NCBI GenBank assembly: GCA_048886685.1
Contig: JBHLKM010000030.1
Span: forward strand, 1 to 24,503
Direction: 5' to 3'
Source: Candidatus Hodarchaeota archaeon
GTDB taxonomy: Archaea; Asgardarchaeota; Lokiarchaeia; Sigyniarchaeales; SOKP01
Length of the DNA stretch: 24,503 nt
Shown: piece by piece, positions 1 to 8,405 of the stretch
Layout of the letters: every line of letters starts with the position of its first letter
Numbering within the stretch: the stretch's first letter is position 1
Notes under the pieces: generated by a model
Told to the model about the DNA's origin: nothing
Databases searched by the model: none
The model's input: only the letters and a program-made list of their open reading frames with translations
Translations under genes and position numbers: made by a program

Positions 1-993
1 ATCTAGATTAGCCTTTTGCTCCTATTCCCAGTTCATCCAAGCGAATTGCACATCAGCACTGGTGCAGACCTCCATCATCCTTTCGAACGACTTCATCTTA
101 ACCAGGAATAGATCGACCGGCTTCGGGTATTATAACAGAAACTTTTGGCCCTTTGTAGACCATTCTTCTGGCCTAACTCCTTAGAAGGATTCGCTAAGCG
201 TTATCAGAGAGGCTGAACCTCTCATTAACGAATAGATCTTCCTAATGTGATAGTTAGGATGCAAGAATATTGGTTTCCCTGCGCCTCCGTGTCGCGAGAC
301 ACTTAAGCTTGCTTCTACTATAAACTCCCTGGCCAATGATTCCAGACTGATGATGCAACCCTAGTCCTCTGTGCTCTGATATTCCGTCACCAGAATTCAT
401 TCGCACAGAATCTATCCTTTCAGGCTGCATCCTTACTAAGCTATTTGGTTTCAAGCACTTTTCACGGCCCTTCCGGGTTACTTTTCATCTTTCGCTCACG
501 CTACTATTGCGCTATCGGTCTTGGGACATATTTAGATTTGCCAGCGTGTATCTGGCTCATTCGTACGAGAAAACCATCCCGCACTACTCGGGAACTCTCG
601 CAGCAACATTCTAGATTACGATTACGCGGCTATCACGCTCTATGGCTCAACTTTCCAGGAGTATTCATCTTCTCTAGGGAAGTCGTACGAGGTCCACACA
701 CCACATTTCCCATAGGTTTCCCTAGGGATTCGGTTTGATCTATTCCGCTTTCGCTCGCCGTTACTCACGGAATCACTGTTGTTTTCTTTTCCTCCTGATA
801 CTAAAATGTTTTACTTCTCAGGGTTCCCCTTCCCTTAAGGGAATCTTGCGGATTATTAGGCCGCAAGCGGATGTCCTATTCGAGAATCTCGGGGTCAGCG
901 TCTTCATGCGACTAACCCGAGCTTATCGCAGCTTGTCACGCTCTTCATCGGTGCCCAAGCCAAGATATCCACCAAATAGCGGAGGCGTATTGG
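1..993 (-). rRNA. rrl: 23S (LSU) rRNA, 5' portion (domain I and start of domain II); runs off the left edge of the window
   Basis: The reverse complement contains conserved LSU motifs: GGTGGATATCTTGGCTTGGGCACCGATGAAG..GCTGCGATAAGC, GACCGATAGCG..GTGAGCGAAAGATGAAAAG, GGAGGCGCAGGGAAACC and ACCCGAAGCCGGTCGATCTA. GC content is clearly above the flanks. The 5' end is estimated at about 990-995 by analogy with archaeal 23S. Confidence 0.97.
161..271 (-). other. Large rRNA expansion segment at helix 30 (ES9), about 110 nt
   Basis: An insertion lies between the conserved GGGAAACC and GTCT..AGGGC motifs, which are nearly adjacent in bacteria. Closing stems on the + strand: attctt 162-167/aagaat 263-268 and cctaact 172-178/agttagg 252-258. 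Internal hairpins include gagagg-ctgaa-cctctc at 207-223. Confidence 0.8.
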
Positions 994-1360
994 AGTCTAA
1001 TTGAGGAAAGATTCAGATTGCTTGCCTAAGGGTTTGCGTATTCAGTTTTGGTAAAAAATATTAAATCGAGACGATTAATAAGTAGACTTTAATAATATAG
1101 GGAGTATGTTCCTTTGAGCACGATTTTTCATGCTTGGCTCCGGTTTTCTTAAACCAACCAAAGTAGAGGTCAGTTTAAGCACTCATTTCCTGTGGCACCA
1201 TTTTTCAGACCGAAGTCTTTTTTGGTGTACTTCAATGAGGCCTAAGCCAGCTATTGGCCATATATCATCAATAATTGATGAGATATTTTTCTAACCAATA
1301 ACTTGTCGATGAGCAGAATAATATTTTTCAAATGACATTATTAATGCCATCGACGAAATA
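994..1360 (-). other. Putative structured 5' leader (external transcribed spacer) of the 23S pre-rRNA
   Basis: Non-coding region with nested stems: ctcatt 1182-1187/aatgag 1234-1239, cacca/tggtg, a C(UUCG)G tetraloop on the - strand at 1207-1218, catcaat-a-attgatg at 1266-1280, and gtcgatg 1306-1312/catcgac 1349-1355. Confidence 0.55.
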
Positions 1361-1600
1361 TTAGAGTAAATGCTTAGTTAAAAATTTTATGGTCAAAATT
1401 CATAAAATTTAAAAGCCAAATAAGAGATTTTGGGATTTAATAATTAATAAGTTAATAATTATTAATATCAGAAAAAAATTCATTAAAATCAGAAAACTAA
1501 GGGAATTTTAAAGTTTAAATAGGAATAAATAAATTATTAGCAATAGTAAATCATGATTTTGAAGATATCTTAAAAGGTATTTCACGATAGAGAGCTAAAT

Positions 1601-2470
1601 ATGGTTGGTAAGGTTTTGGTTGGCACATCCGGATGGGGCTATGATGAGTGGGTTGGTCCTTTTTATCCTAAAAGCTTAAGGCAAGAAGATTATCTATTAT
1701 TTTATTCTGAAGTTTTTTATACTAACGAGATTAATACCACATTTTACAATACTCCTTCGAAGTGGATTGTGAAAAATTGGGCAGATAAAACACCAAGTAA
1801 TTTTTTGTTTTCAGCAAAAATACCTCAAATAATAACCCATGAGTATAAATTGGATATTGACCTGTGCTTAAATGATTTAAACCATTATTTAAATTCAATG
1901 GAACCTTTAATTAATGCTAAAAAGATGTTATCTTTTTTAATTCAATTACCTCCTACTTTTAATAAGAGAGATCATTTTGGGAATTTAAAAGAATTTGTAA
2001 ATTCCTGGCCAGGAGATCGTAAAAGCAAGAATTATCATTTAGTCGTTGAGTTTAGGCATAAATCATGGATGGATGATGAGGTTTTCAAGTATTTAAGAGA
2101 TAAGTCGTTAACATATTGTGCTGTTATTGAGCCTTTGTTACCTCCGAGGATGGATATTACCAATCCAGAATTAGCATATATTAGGTTTCATGGATTTGGG
2201 AAAAAGATTTGGTTTGATTATTTTTTTAAAGAGGAAGAGATAAAGAGATGGGCACAATCAATAAGTAAGATAATTCCAAAAGTGGATAAAGTTGGAATAT
2301 ATTTTAATAATCATTTTTCTGGATATGCTGCGAAAAATTCTTTAATGTTAATGAAAGAATTGTCGCTCCAGCCTAGAAATTCGCCGGAAAGAGTAAGTAT
2401 TTTAAACGTTAAAAAGAAATCTGGAGAATATTCAAAAGGTCAAACAGATTTAGATAAATTTTTAAAATAA
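1601..2470 (+). CDS. DUF72 (YecE-like) TIM-barrel protein
   Basis: Motifs VGTSGWGY..W.G.FYP, EIN.TFY, F.FS.K, L.QLPP.F, VEFRH.SW, YIRFHG and YFNNH. Confidence 0.93.
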   Translation: MVGKVLVGTSGWGYDEWVGPFYPKSLRQEDYLLFYSEVFYTNEINTTFYNTPSKWIVKNWADKTPSNFLFSAKIPQIITHEYKLDIDLCLNDLNHYLNSMEPLINAKKMLSFLIQLPPTFNKRDHFGNLKEFVNSWPGDRKSKNYHLVVEFRHKSWMDDEVFKYLRDKSLTYCAVIEPLLPPRMDITNPELAYIRFHGFGKKIWFDYFFKEEEIKRWAQSISKIIPKVDKVGIYFNNHFSGYAAKNSLMLMKELSLQPRNSPERVSILNVKKKSGEYSKGQTDLDKFLK

Positions 2471-2526
2471 ATTTGAATGAATAAAAACAAGAATACTTTA
2501 TATTAATTTAAGAATATAGGGGACCA

Positions 2527-3543
2527 TTGAAGAAATTGGCCACAAAGAAGTTAAGAATTGGGGTAATTGGAGCTGGATCTATAGGAAGTTTATTTGGTGG
2601 ATATTTAGCAAATATTAAATCTGATGTTTATGAATTAGAAGTAATTTTTTTTTGTATGAAAGAACATAAGGAAGTCATTAACAATCGAGGTTTAAAGATT
2701 CATAAGAATCAAGATGTAAAAGAAATAAATAATATTATCGCTTATGAAAACGAGATAATTTTAGAAGAAAATATTGAAAAGGACAACTCATTTAGATTTG
2801 ATTACATTTTTCTTACTACAAAGACATATGATATGGAGAAGGCTTTACTTCAATATAAAAAACTTGTTGATGTGAGCAACTGGTTAGTTATTTTACAGAA
2901 TGGAATTGGAAACGAAGATATTGTTAGTAAATATATATCGAGATCAAAGTTAATAAGGATTGTAACCTCAAATGGAGCATTTTTGGAATCACCTGGGAAT
3001 GTTATCCATACAGGAGAGGGTTTTACCAAAATAGGCTTTCCGTTTCTCCAAGATTTCAATAAAAAAAAAGCAGAATTAGAAAAAGCAAACACGGATTTGA
3101 TGACTTTAAAGGATCTTCTTCAATTAGCAAGTATAGAAACTAATATAGTAGAAGATATTAATAAAGAATCTTGGGAGAAAGTTTTTGTAAATGTAGGAAT
3201 TAATGCTTTCGGCGCATTAACAAATTTAAAAAATGGGCAATTATTGGAATCTGAAGGATTAAAACATCTGATGGGTGAAGCTGTTGAAGAGGCAGTTCAA
3301 GTTGCCAAATTGAAGAAAATTGAGCTCTCTGATAAAGATTTTATTGCTGAAACTTATGATGTTGCCAATAAAACAGCTGAAAATAAAAATTCGATGTTAC
3401 AAGACATTTTAAATGGAACAGCCACCGAAATTGACTTTATTAATGGTAGGGTGTTAAAATATGCAGAGGAATTAGGCATAAAGGTCCCTATAAATGAATT
3501 ATTAACTCACTTAATTAAAGGTTTAGAATCTTCATCAAGTTAA
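2527..3543 (+). CDS. panE: 2-dehydropantoate 2-reductase (ketopantoate reductase)
   Basis: Rossmann motif IGAGSIGS, then TK.YD, LQNGIG, W.K..VN.GIN, NSMLQD and TEID.ING. TTG start. Confidence 0.93.
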   Translation: MKKLATKKLRIGVIGAGSIGSLFGGYLANIKSDVYELEVIFFCMKEHKEVINNRGLKIHKNQDVKEINNIIAYENEIILEENIEKDNSFRFDYIFLTTKTYDMEKALLQYKKLVDVSNWLVILQNGIGNEDIVSKYISRSKLIRIVTSNGAFLESPGNVIHTGEGFTKIGFPFLQDFNKKKAELEKANTDLMTLKDLLQLASIETNIVEDINKESWEKVFVNVGINAFGALTNLKNGQLLESEGLKHLMGEAVEEAVQVAKLKKIELSDKDFIAETYDVANKTAENKNSMLQDILNGTATEIDFINGRVLKYAEELGIKVPINELLTHLIKGLESSSS

Positions 3544-4070
3544 CTTTTCTTCGATTTTAAAGTCATATAATAAGCGTTCTCTCCATCGCGATAATAATTT
3601 TTCTTGATATTTGCGATTTGAAAGCTAAATTGTTCGTAGAGTTTAATTGCGTTATAGTTAGATACCCTAACCTCTAGAACATATTCATGAATCTTATATT
3701 TCTTTATTGCCTGCATGCTATTTTTTAATAAGCTTTTTGCTATTCCTTTCTTTCTATAACCTTGAGAGACAGCAATTGATACCAGATGCCCTTTATTGAC
3801 ATATCGTAGACTATCTAAAGAAGGTGTTTTTTCTACTCGCCACATTATATAACCGACAATTTTTCCGAAACTAGTTTGAGCAATCAGAAAAGATTCGGGA
3901 TAGTTATCAAGAATACTTTTATAAAAGAAGTATGGATAATCTTCTGGAAGCTCTTCTTCATTTACTTTTATTACACCGTCTAGATCATCTAAGTTACATC
4001 TTTTAATAATGATTTTTTCGTTGTTTGTGTTGTTAAAAGTATCTATCTTTATGTCTTTATTTGTAGTCAT
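3540..4070 (-). CDS. rimI: GNAT N-terminal acetyltransferase, archaeal Ard1/RimI (Naa10-like)
   Basis: LPEDYP..F, VGYIM.RVE, GHLVSIAV...YRKKGIA, LEVRVSN..AI.LY and YY.DGENAY. Confidence 0.92.
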   Translation of the reverse strand: MTTNKDIKIDTFNNTNNEKIIIKRCNLDDLDGVIKVNEEELPEDYPYFFYKSILDNYPESFLIAQTSFGKIVGYIMWRVEKTPSLDSLRYVNKGHLVSIAVSQGYRKKGIAKSLLKNSMQAIKKYKIHEYVLEVRVSNYNAIKLYEQFSFQIANIKKNYYRDGENAYYMTLKSKKS

Positions 4071-4176
4071 CGTTTAACTTGCTCAAAAGCTTTGTAACTC
4101 AAAAACAGCATTATTAATATATAAGTTATAATATTTGAAACTTTTAAGTTTTTATGAATCAATAGAATTCACGAGT

Positions 4177-4974
4177 TTATTTCTTAAGGATATTAAAGGC
4201 TTCCAATTTTTGTCTTTCGATATAATCAATTATTAGATCCAGTGTATTTTGAATATTCAATTTATTGTCAAATTTATTCAGAATCTCACTTAATTCGGTG
4301 GCATTTAAGTTTTTTAATTCATTTACGGTTTCTATCATTACAGGTATGGCTCTTACGATGTTGTCAACTATTGTAATGTCAGCCCAAAGAGCGGTTCTGC
4401 TTAAAGGATTTAAATCAATAGCTATTACTTTTTTATTTAATTTTTTTAATGCTTCCGTACGATCACCATCTTCTAAAGGAACCATGACAACGTCTGCTTG
4501 AGCAATAAATTCTACTTTTCTTCTATTACTTTCAAGCCCTTCTATTTCAATCATTTTAGATTCATTAATTCCTTTAAGATTTATAGCTCCTGCTTTTTTT
4601 AAAACATCCTTGATTGCTTTTATTCGTCCTTCCTTATGATAAAATAAATTGATTTCAAGAGGAATACTTAATATTTTTGATATAGTTACGAGTTCATTAG
4701 GAACTAAAGCAGCAACATTTCCATTTACGCTAATTACTGGTTTTTCTGCTAATAATAAAGCGGCTACAGCGGCTTTTATTGCATTTTTCGCGGTTTGAGT
4801 TGTTTTTTCACCTAGAATATAATCAAAACATTCACCTCTACCATGAGCAATCAACCCTGCTTCTGCTACCACTAAATTTTTCATACCCTCAATAATTTTA
4901 TGCCGAAATTTTAAACTTTGATATCGTGGGTGCGATTCAGGGACGCTATTGTTTTGGTTTTCATCCAGAGCCAT
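4177..4974 (-). CDS. Archaeal phosphopantothenate synthetase (4-phosphopantoate--beta-alanine ligase)
   Basis: P.SHPRY.SL..R, GLIAHGRGE.FDY.LGE, PVISVNGN, VPLEDGDR and IDLNPLSRT. Confidence 0.95.
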   Translation of the reverse strand: MALDENQNNSVPESHPRYQSLKFRHKIIEGMKNLVVAEAGLIAHGRGECFDYILGEKTTQTAKNAIKAAVAALLLAEKPVISVNGNVAALVPNELVTISKILSIPLEINLFYHKEGRIKAIKDVLKKAGAINLKGINESKMIEIEGLESNRRKVEFIAQADVVMVPLEDGDRTEALKKLNKKVIAIDLNPLSRTALWADITIVDNIVRAIPVMIETVNELKNLNATELSEILNKFDNKLNIQNTLDLIIDYIERQKLEAFNILKK

Positions 4975-5063
4975 AAAATTTCACATCTATTAAATAATGT
5001 TCTTTATATAGATTGGTATAAAGAAAAAATATTAATTTTTTGTATAATTTTTTAACTGTGTAG

Positions 5064-6344
5064 ATGGATATGAGTACAGTAGAAAAAAAGAAATCAAATG
5101 ATTTAAAGATCTATCGAACAAAACAGAGAATAGATGACCTTAAGAATAAAAAAGGGTTTCATACAGAATTAATCTCATTGTATATACCTCATGATAGGAA
5201 AGTATCAGACGTAACAAATTATTTAAAGAACGAAATTAGTGAAAGCCAAAATATCAAATCAAAATTAACTAGAAAGAATGTATTAGATAGTATTAATAGT
5301 CTGTTAGGACAATTAAAATACATTAGAGAAGTGCCTGATAATGGTTTAGTTATGTTTTCTGGGGCAATACCTCAAAGTAATACTCCTGGTACAGAAAAAA
5401 ATGAATTAACAATTGTAGAACCTCCTGATAGAGTTACAACCTTTAGATATCACTGTGCAAGCGAATTTTTACTTTGGCCTTTGGAGGAAATGCTTACTCC
5501 TACTGAGACGTATGGTTTATTAGTAATTGGGCGAAAAAGATCTGCTGTTGGTTATATTAAAGGAAACACTGTTAAGGTTGAAAAAGAATTTACTTCAGGG
5601 ATTCACTCAAAACATGGAGCAGGTGGTCAATCACAAAGAAGATTTGAAAGATTAAATGAAGAAGCAGAAAAAGCTTTCTATCGACGGATTTCTGAAACGG
5701 TAAATGAGATATTTTTAAAATTTGAAGATTTACAGGGCATTTTTGTAGGAGGTCCGGGTCCTTCAAAAGAAAAATTTGTAAAAGATGAGAGTTTAGATTA
5801 TAGATTGCGTGATAAAATACTTGATGTCGTAGATATAGGCTATGGTGGTGTTGAAGGTATTCGTGCTTTAATAGAAAAAGTTAAAGACCAAATCGAAAAT
5901 GTTAAATACATTCGTGAAAAAGAAGCCATGCAGCGTTTCATGAAAGAAATTTCTACTGATACAGGATTAGCTACTTATGGCTTAGACGAAATACAAAGAG
6001 CATTGAATTACGGTGCTGTAGATATGCTTTTGCTTTCTGAGAAGCTAGATACATATAAAGCTAAATTAGGATGTTCAAATTGTGAGTATGAGGAGGATAG
6101 AATTTTAGAAAAGCGATCACTGGAAAAATTTGAAGGAGATATCCAAGAAGAAAGTTGCCCAAACTGCAGCTCAAATTCATTTAAAATTATCAAAATTAAT
6201 TCAATAATTGAAGAACTAGGAGATATCGCTGAATCGACTGGTTCAGATGTAGAAATTTTATCAACTGAAACAGAAGAGGGAGAAATGTTATTTAGTACTT
6301 TTGGGGGAATGGCCGCGATTCTTCGGTATAAGATTGACTATTAA
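5064..6344 (+). CDS. prf1: Peptide chain release factor aRF1 (eRF1 family)
   Basis: TELISLYIP, NIKS, YHCASEF (YxCxxxF), GGQSQRRFER, a domain-3 Zn ribbon (CSNC..CPNC) and FGG.AAILRY. Confidence 0.97.
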   Translation: MDMSTVEKKKSNDLKIYRTKQRIDDLKNKKGFHTELISLYIPHDRKVSDVTNYLKNEISESQNIKSKLTRKNVLDSINSLLGQLKYIREVPDNGLVMFSGAIPQSNTPGTEKNELTIVEPPDRVTTFRYHCASEFLLWPLEEMLTPTETYGLLVIGRKRSAVGYIKGNTVKVEKEFTSGIHSKHGAGGQSQRRFERLNEEAEKAFYRRISETVNEIFLKFEDLQGIFVGGPGPSKEKFVKDESLDYRLRDKILDVVDIGYGGVEGIRALIEKVKDQIENVKYIREKEAMQRFMKEISTDTGLATYGLDEIQRALNYGAVDMLLLSEKLDTYKAKLGCSNCEYEEDRILEKRSLEKFEGDIQEESCPNCSSNSFKIIKINSIIEELGDIAESTGSDVEILSTETEEGEMLFSTFGGMAAILRYKIDY

Positions 6345-6411
6345 TAGTAAAAAGATTAAAAAAAAATTCCATTCTACATTTCAAGAAAACTAAAAAGGTG
6401 CAAATTCAAAA

Positions 6412-7404
6412 ATGCAATTAAAGGATCTTTTATTAAATTTAAAAATGGTTATGTTTGGGGGTAAGGGTGGAGTAGGAAAAACAAGTTGTGCAGCAAGTTC
6501 AGCAATTTGGGCAGCAGAACATGGTAGAAATACATTGATTATAAGTACCGATCCTGCTCATTCTTTGGGAGATAGTCTAGGTATTGAGTTATCACCTGGT
6601 GTACCTACTCCTATTGAAGGAATAGATAATCTTACTGCTTTGGAAATTAACCCTAAGGCGAATATGGCAGAATTTAGGGGAATAACTAATATAAATCCAA
6701 TGGAAGAAATGGGTATGTCTGGTTTAATGGAAAGCATGCCACTTTTTGGAGATATGGAAGAACTAACTTCAATGACACCTCCAGGAATTGATGAAGCCTT
6801 AGCTTTTGGAAAAATTCTAGAGTTCGTTGAGACAGACCATGATTATGATTTAGTTATATTTGATACTGCTCCCACAGGACACACTCTCCGATTTTTAAGT
6901 TTACCAGAAACTTTATCTGGATGGATAGGAAAACTCATAAAAATGAGAATAAAAATAGGTAATATGTTTGGGGCAGTTAAAAGATTATTTACTCGGGAAG
7001 AAAAGAAAAAAGACAATTCGGTAGAAGTTCTTGAAAGATTAAATGAATCTATTTTAAATGCAAGAGAAGATCTTACAAATCCTACCAAAAATTCATTCAT
7101 AATTGTCATGATTCCTGAAGAAATGGCTATTACAGAGACAGGACGATTATTGAATGAATTAGTAAAAAATAATATTTCCGTCTCTAATATCGTTGTAAAC
7201 CAGTTATACCAAGATTCTGCTGAACTATGCGAATTTTGTAAAGCAAGAAGAAAAATGCAAGAGAAAAATTTAATAAAAATAAGAGAAATATTTAGTGAGA
7301 ATTTGCATAAAAATTTAATTGAAGTACCTTTATTCAAGGAAGAAATAAGAGAATACGATAAATTAAAAGAAATGGGAGAATATTTGATTGAAAAATCTTA
7401 TTGA
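6412..7404 (+). CDS. ArsA/Get3 (TRC40)-family ATPase
   Basis: GGKGGVGKTS, STDPAHS, PGIDEA, FDTAPTGHTLRFL and a C-terminal CEFC..RR. Single-domain form with Met-rich helices. Confidence 0.92.
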   Translation: MQLKDLLLNLKMVMFGGKGGVGKTSCAASSAIWAAEHGRNTLIISTDPAHSLGDSLGIELSPGVPTPIEGIDNLTALEINPKANMAEFRGITNINPMEEMGMSGLMESMPLFGDMEELTSMTPPGIDEALAFGKILEFVETDHDYDLVIFDTAPTGHTLRFLSLPETLSGWIGKLIKMRIKIGNMFGAVKRLFTREEKKKDNSVEVLERLNESILNAREDLTNPTKNSFIIVMIPEEMAITETGRLLNELVKNNISVSNIVVNQLYQDSAELCEFCKARRKMQEKNLIKIREIFSENLHKNLIEVPLFKEEIREYDKLKEMGEYLIEKSY

Positions 7405-8384
7405 TTCAACTCTTTTAATAAACTACAAAATGTACAAATTGATGTGTTTGTACACGGATAACCACAAGATTGGCATGTACGATACTCTATTTCTTGACTT
7501 TGATGATAGAGAGTAGATGATAATTCTAAAAAACCGTTGAGTAAGTTAAATTCTACTTCTGGGCTTGATTTTTTACAATCTTGAATAAAATCTAAAACTC
7601 TTTTTCTTATGATTGGATCTCTTTCTCTATAAGGGCAGTGAGAAGGGTAATAATTGAATTTTTTAATATTTGCATATAAGAAGATTTCTTCTTCAGGTAT
7701 CCTCATTAGAGGAGTAATTTTCTTGATGAAAAACTGATCCACTCTTGAGTTTTCTTTCTTAAATAGATATTGATTTGCTATTAAGTGAAAACGTTTATAT
7801 AGAATATTCATCAAAAAAGTTTCTGCTATGTCAGTAAGGTTATGTCCCATGGCTAAAACATTCCCACCTAATTCTCTTGCTCCATCATTTAATAATCTCC
7901 TCCTTATTGTTGCGCAATAATTGCAAGCATATTTATAATCAGGGAGATTTTTTTTAATGTTGATAATTTCATCTAAAGATAGACCAACTCTTTCTTTAAA
8001 AGAGATAAGATGATGTTCAATGTTTAATTCTTTACATATTTCAATAGCATTTTTAATGCTATTTTCTCTGTAGTCTTTTATTCCCTCATCAATTGTTAAT
8101 GCTATGAGTTGATTAGGATTATAAAGATTCTTTTGAATCATAGAGAGATTATATAAAAGAGTATATGAATCCTTACCACCAGAAAGTGCCACTATTATCT
8201 TATCATCAGAATTTATCATTTTAAACTTTGAAATAGTTTTATAAAGATTTTTTTCAATATTTTTCTCAAAACAACTAGGACAGAGCTTTTCACCCGAATA
8301 TTTTCTCTCAATTACAACTAAATTGTTGCAATAAGAACATTTACCTTTCTTCAAGAAAATGTTGTAATTAGCCATTAATACCAT
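7398..8384 (-). CDS. tRNA 2-thiolation protein, TtuA/Ncs6 (Ctu1) family
   Basis: N-terminal CxxC..CxxC, PP-loop SGGKDS, CNYC...RR, GHN.TD, CP, and C-terminal CxxC..CxxC. Confidence 0.9.
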   Translation of the reverse strand: MVLMANYNIFLKKGKCSYCNNLVVIERKYSGEKLCPSCFEKNIEKNLYKTISKFKMINSDDKIIVALSGGKDSYTLLYNLSMIQKNLYNPNQLIALTIDEGIKDYRENSIKNAIEICKELNIEHHLISFKERVGLSLDEIINIKKNLPDYKYACNYCATIRRRLLNDGARELGGNVLAMGHNLTDIAETFLMNILYKRFHLIANQYLFKKENSRVDQFFIKKITPLMRIPEEEIFLYANIKKFNYYPSHCPYRERDPIIRKRVLDFIQDCKKSSPEVEFNLLNGFLELSSTLYHQSQEIEYRTCQSCGYPCTNTSICTFCSLLKELNQ

Positions 8385-8405
8385 TTAAAAGATAAAATTT
8401 TATGA

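Noticed and set aside
352-431. Enlarged helix 25 (ES7 site), about 80 nt
   Set aside because: It is longer than in bacteria but comparable to the ordinary archaeal H25, so it is not clearly supersized.
254-1004. ORFs 254-454(-), 445-738(+) and 735-1004(+)
   Set aside because: They lie within or antisense to the 23S rRNA gene and are typical spurious rRNA ORFs.
1128-1250. Possible 5S rRNA or tRNA in the ~120-nt structured block
   Set aside because: There is no 5S loop C motif (CCCAT.CCGAAC) and no cloverleaf or T-loop on either strand.
2527-4974. KPR and PPS proximity as a novel pathway
   Set aside because: Both belong to the established archaeal CoA biosynthesis route. The short indels seen in them do not touch catalytic motifs.
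5064-6344. Altered aRF1 suggesting stop-codon reassignment or Sec/Pyl recoding
   Set aside because: NIKS, YxCxxxF and GGQ are canonical, and no gene in the window shows an in-frame TGA/TAG interruption.
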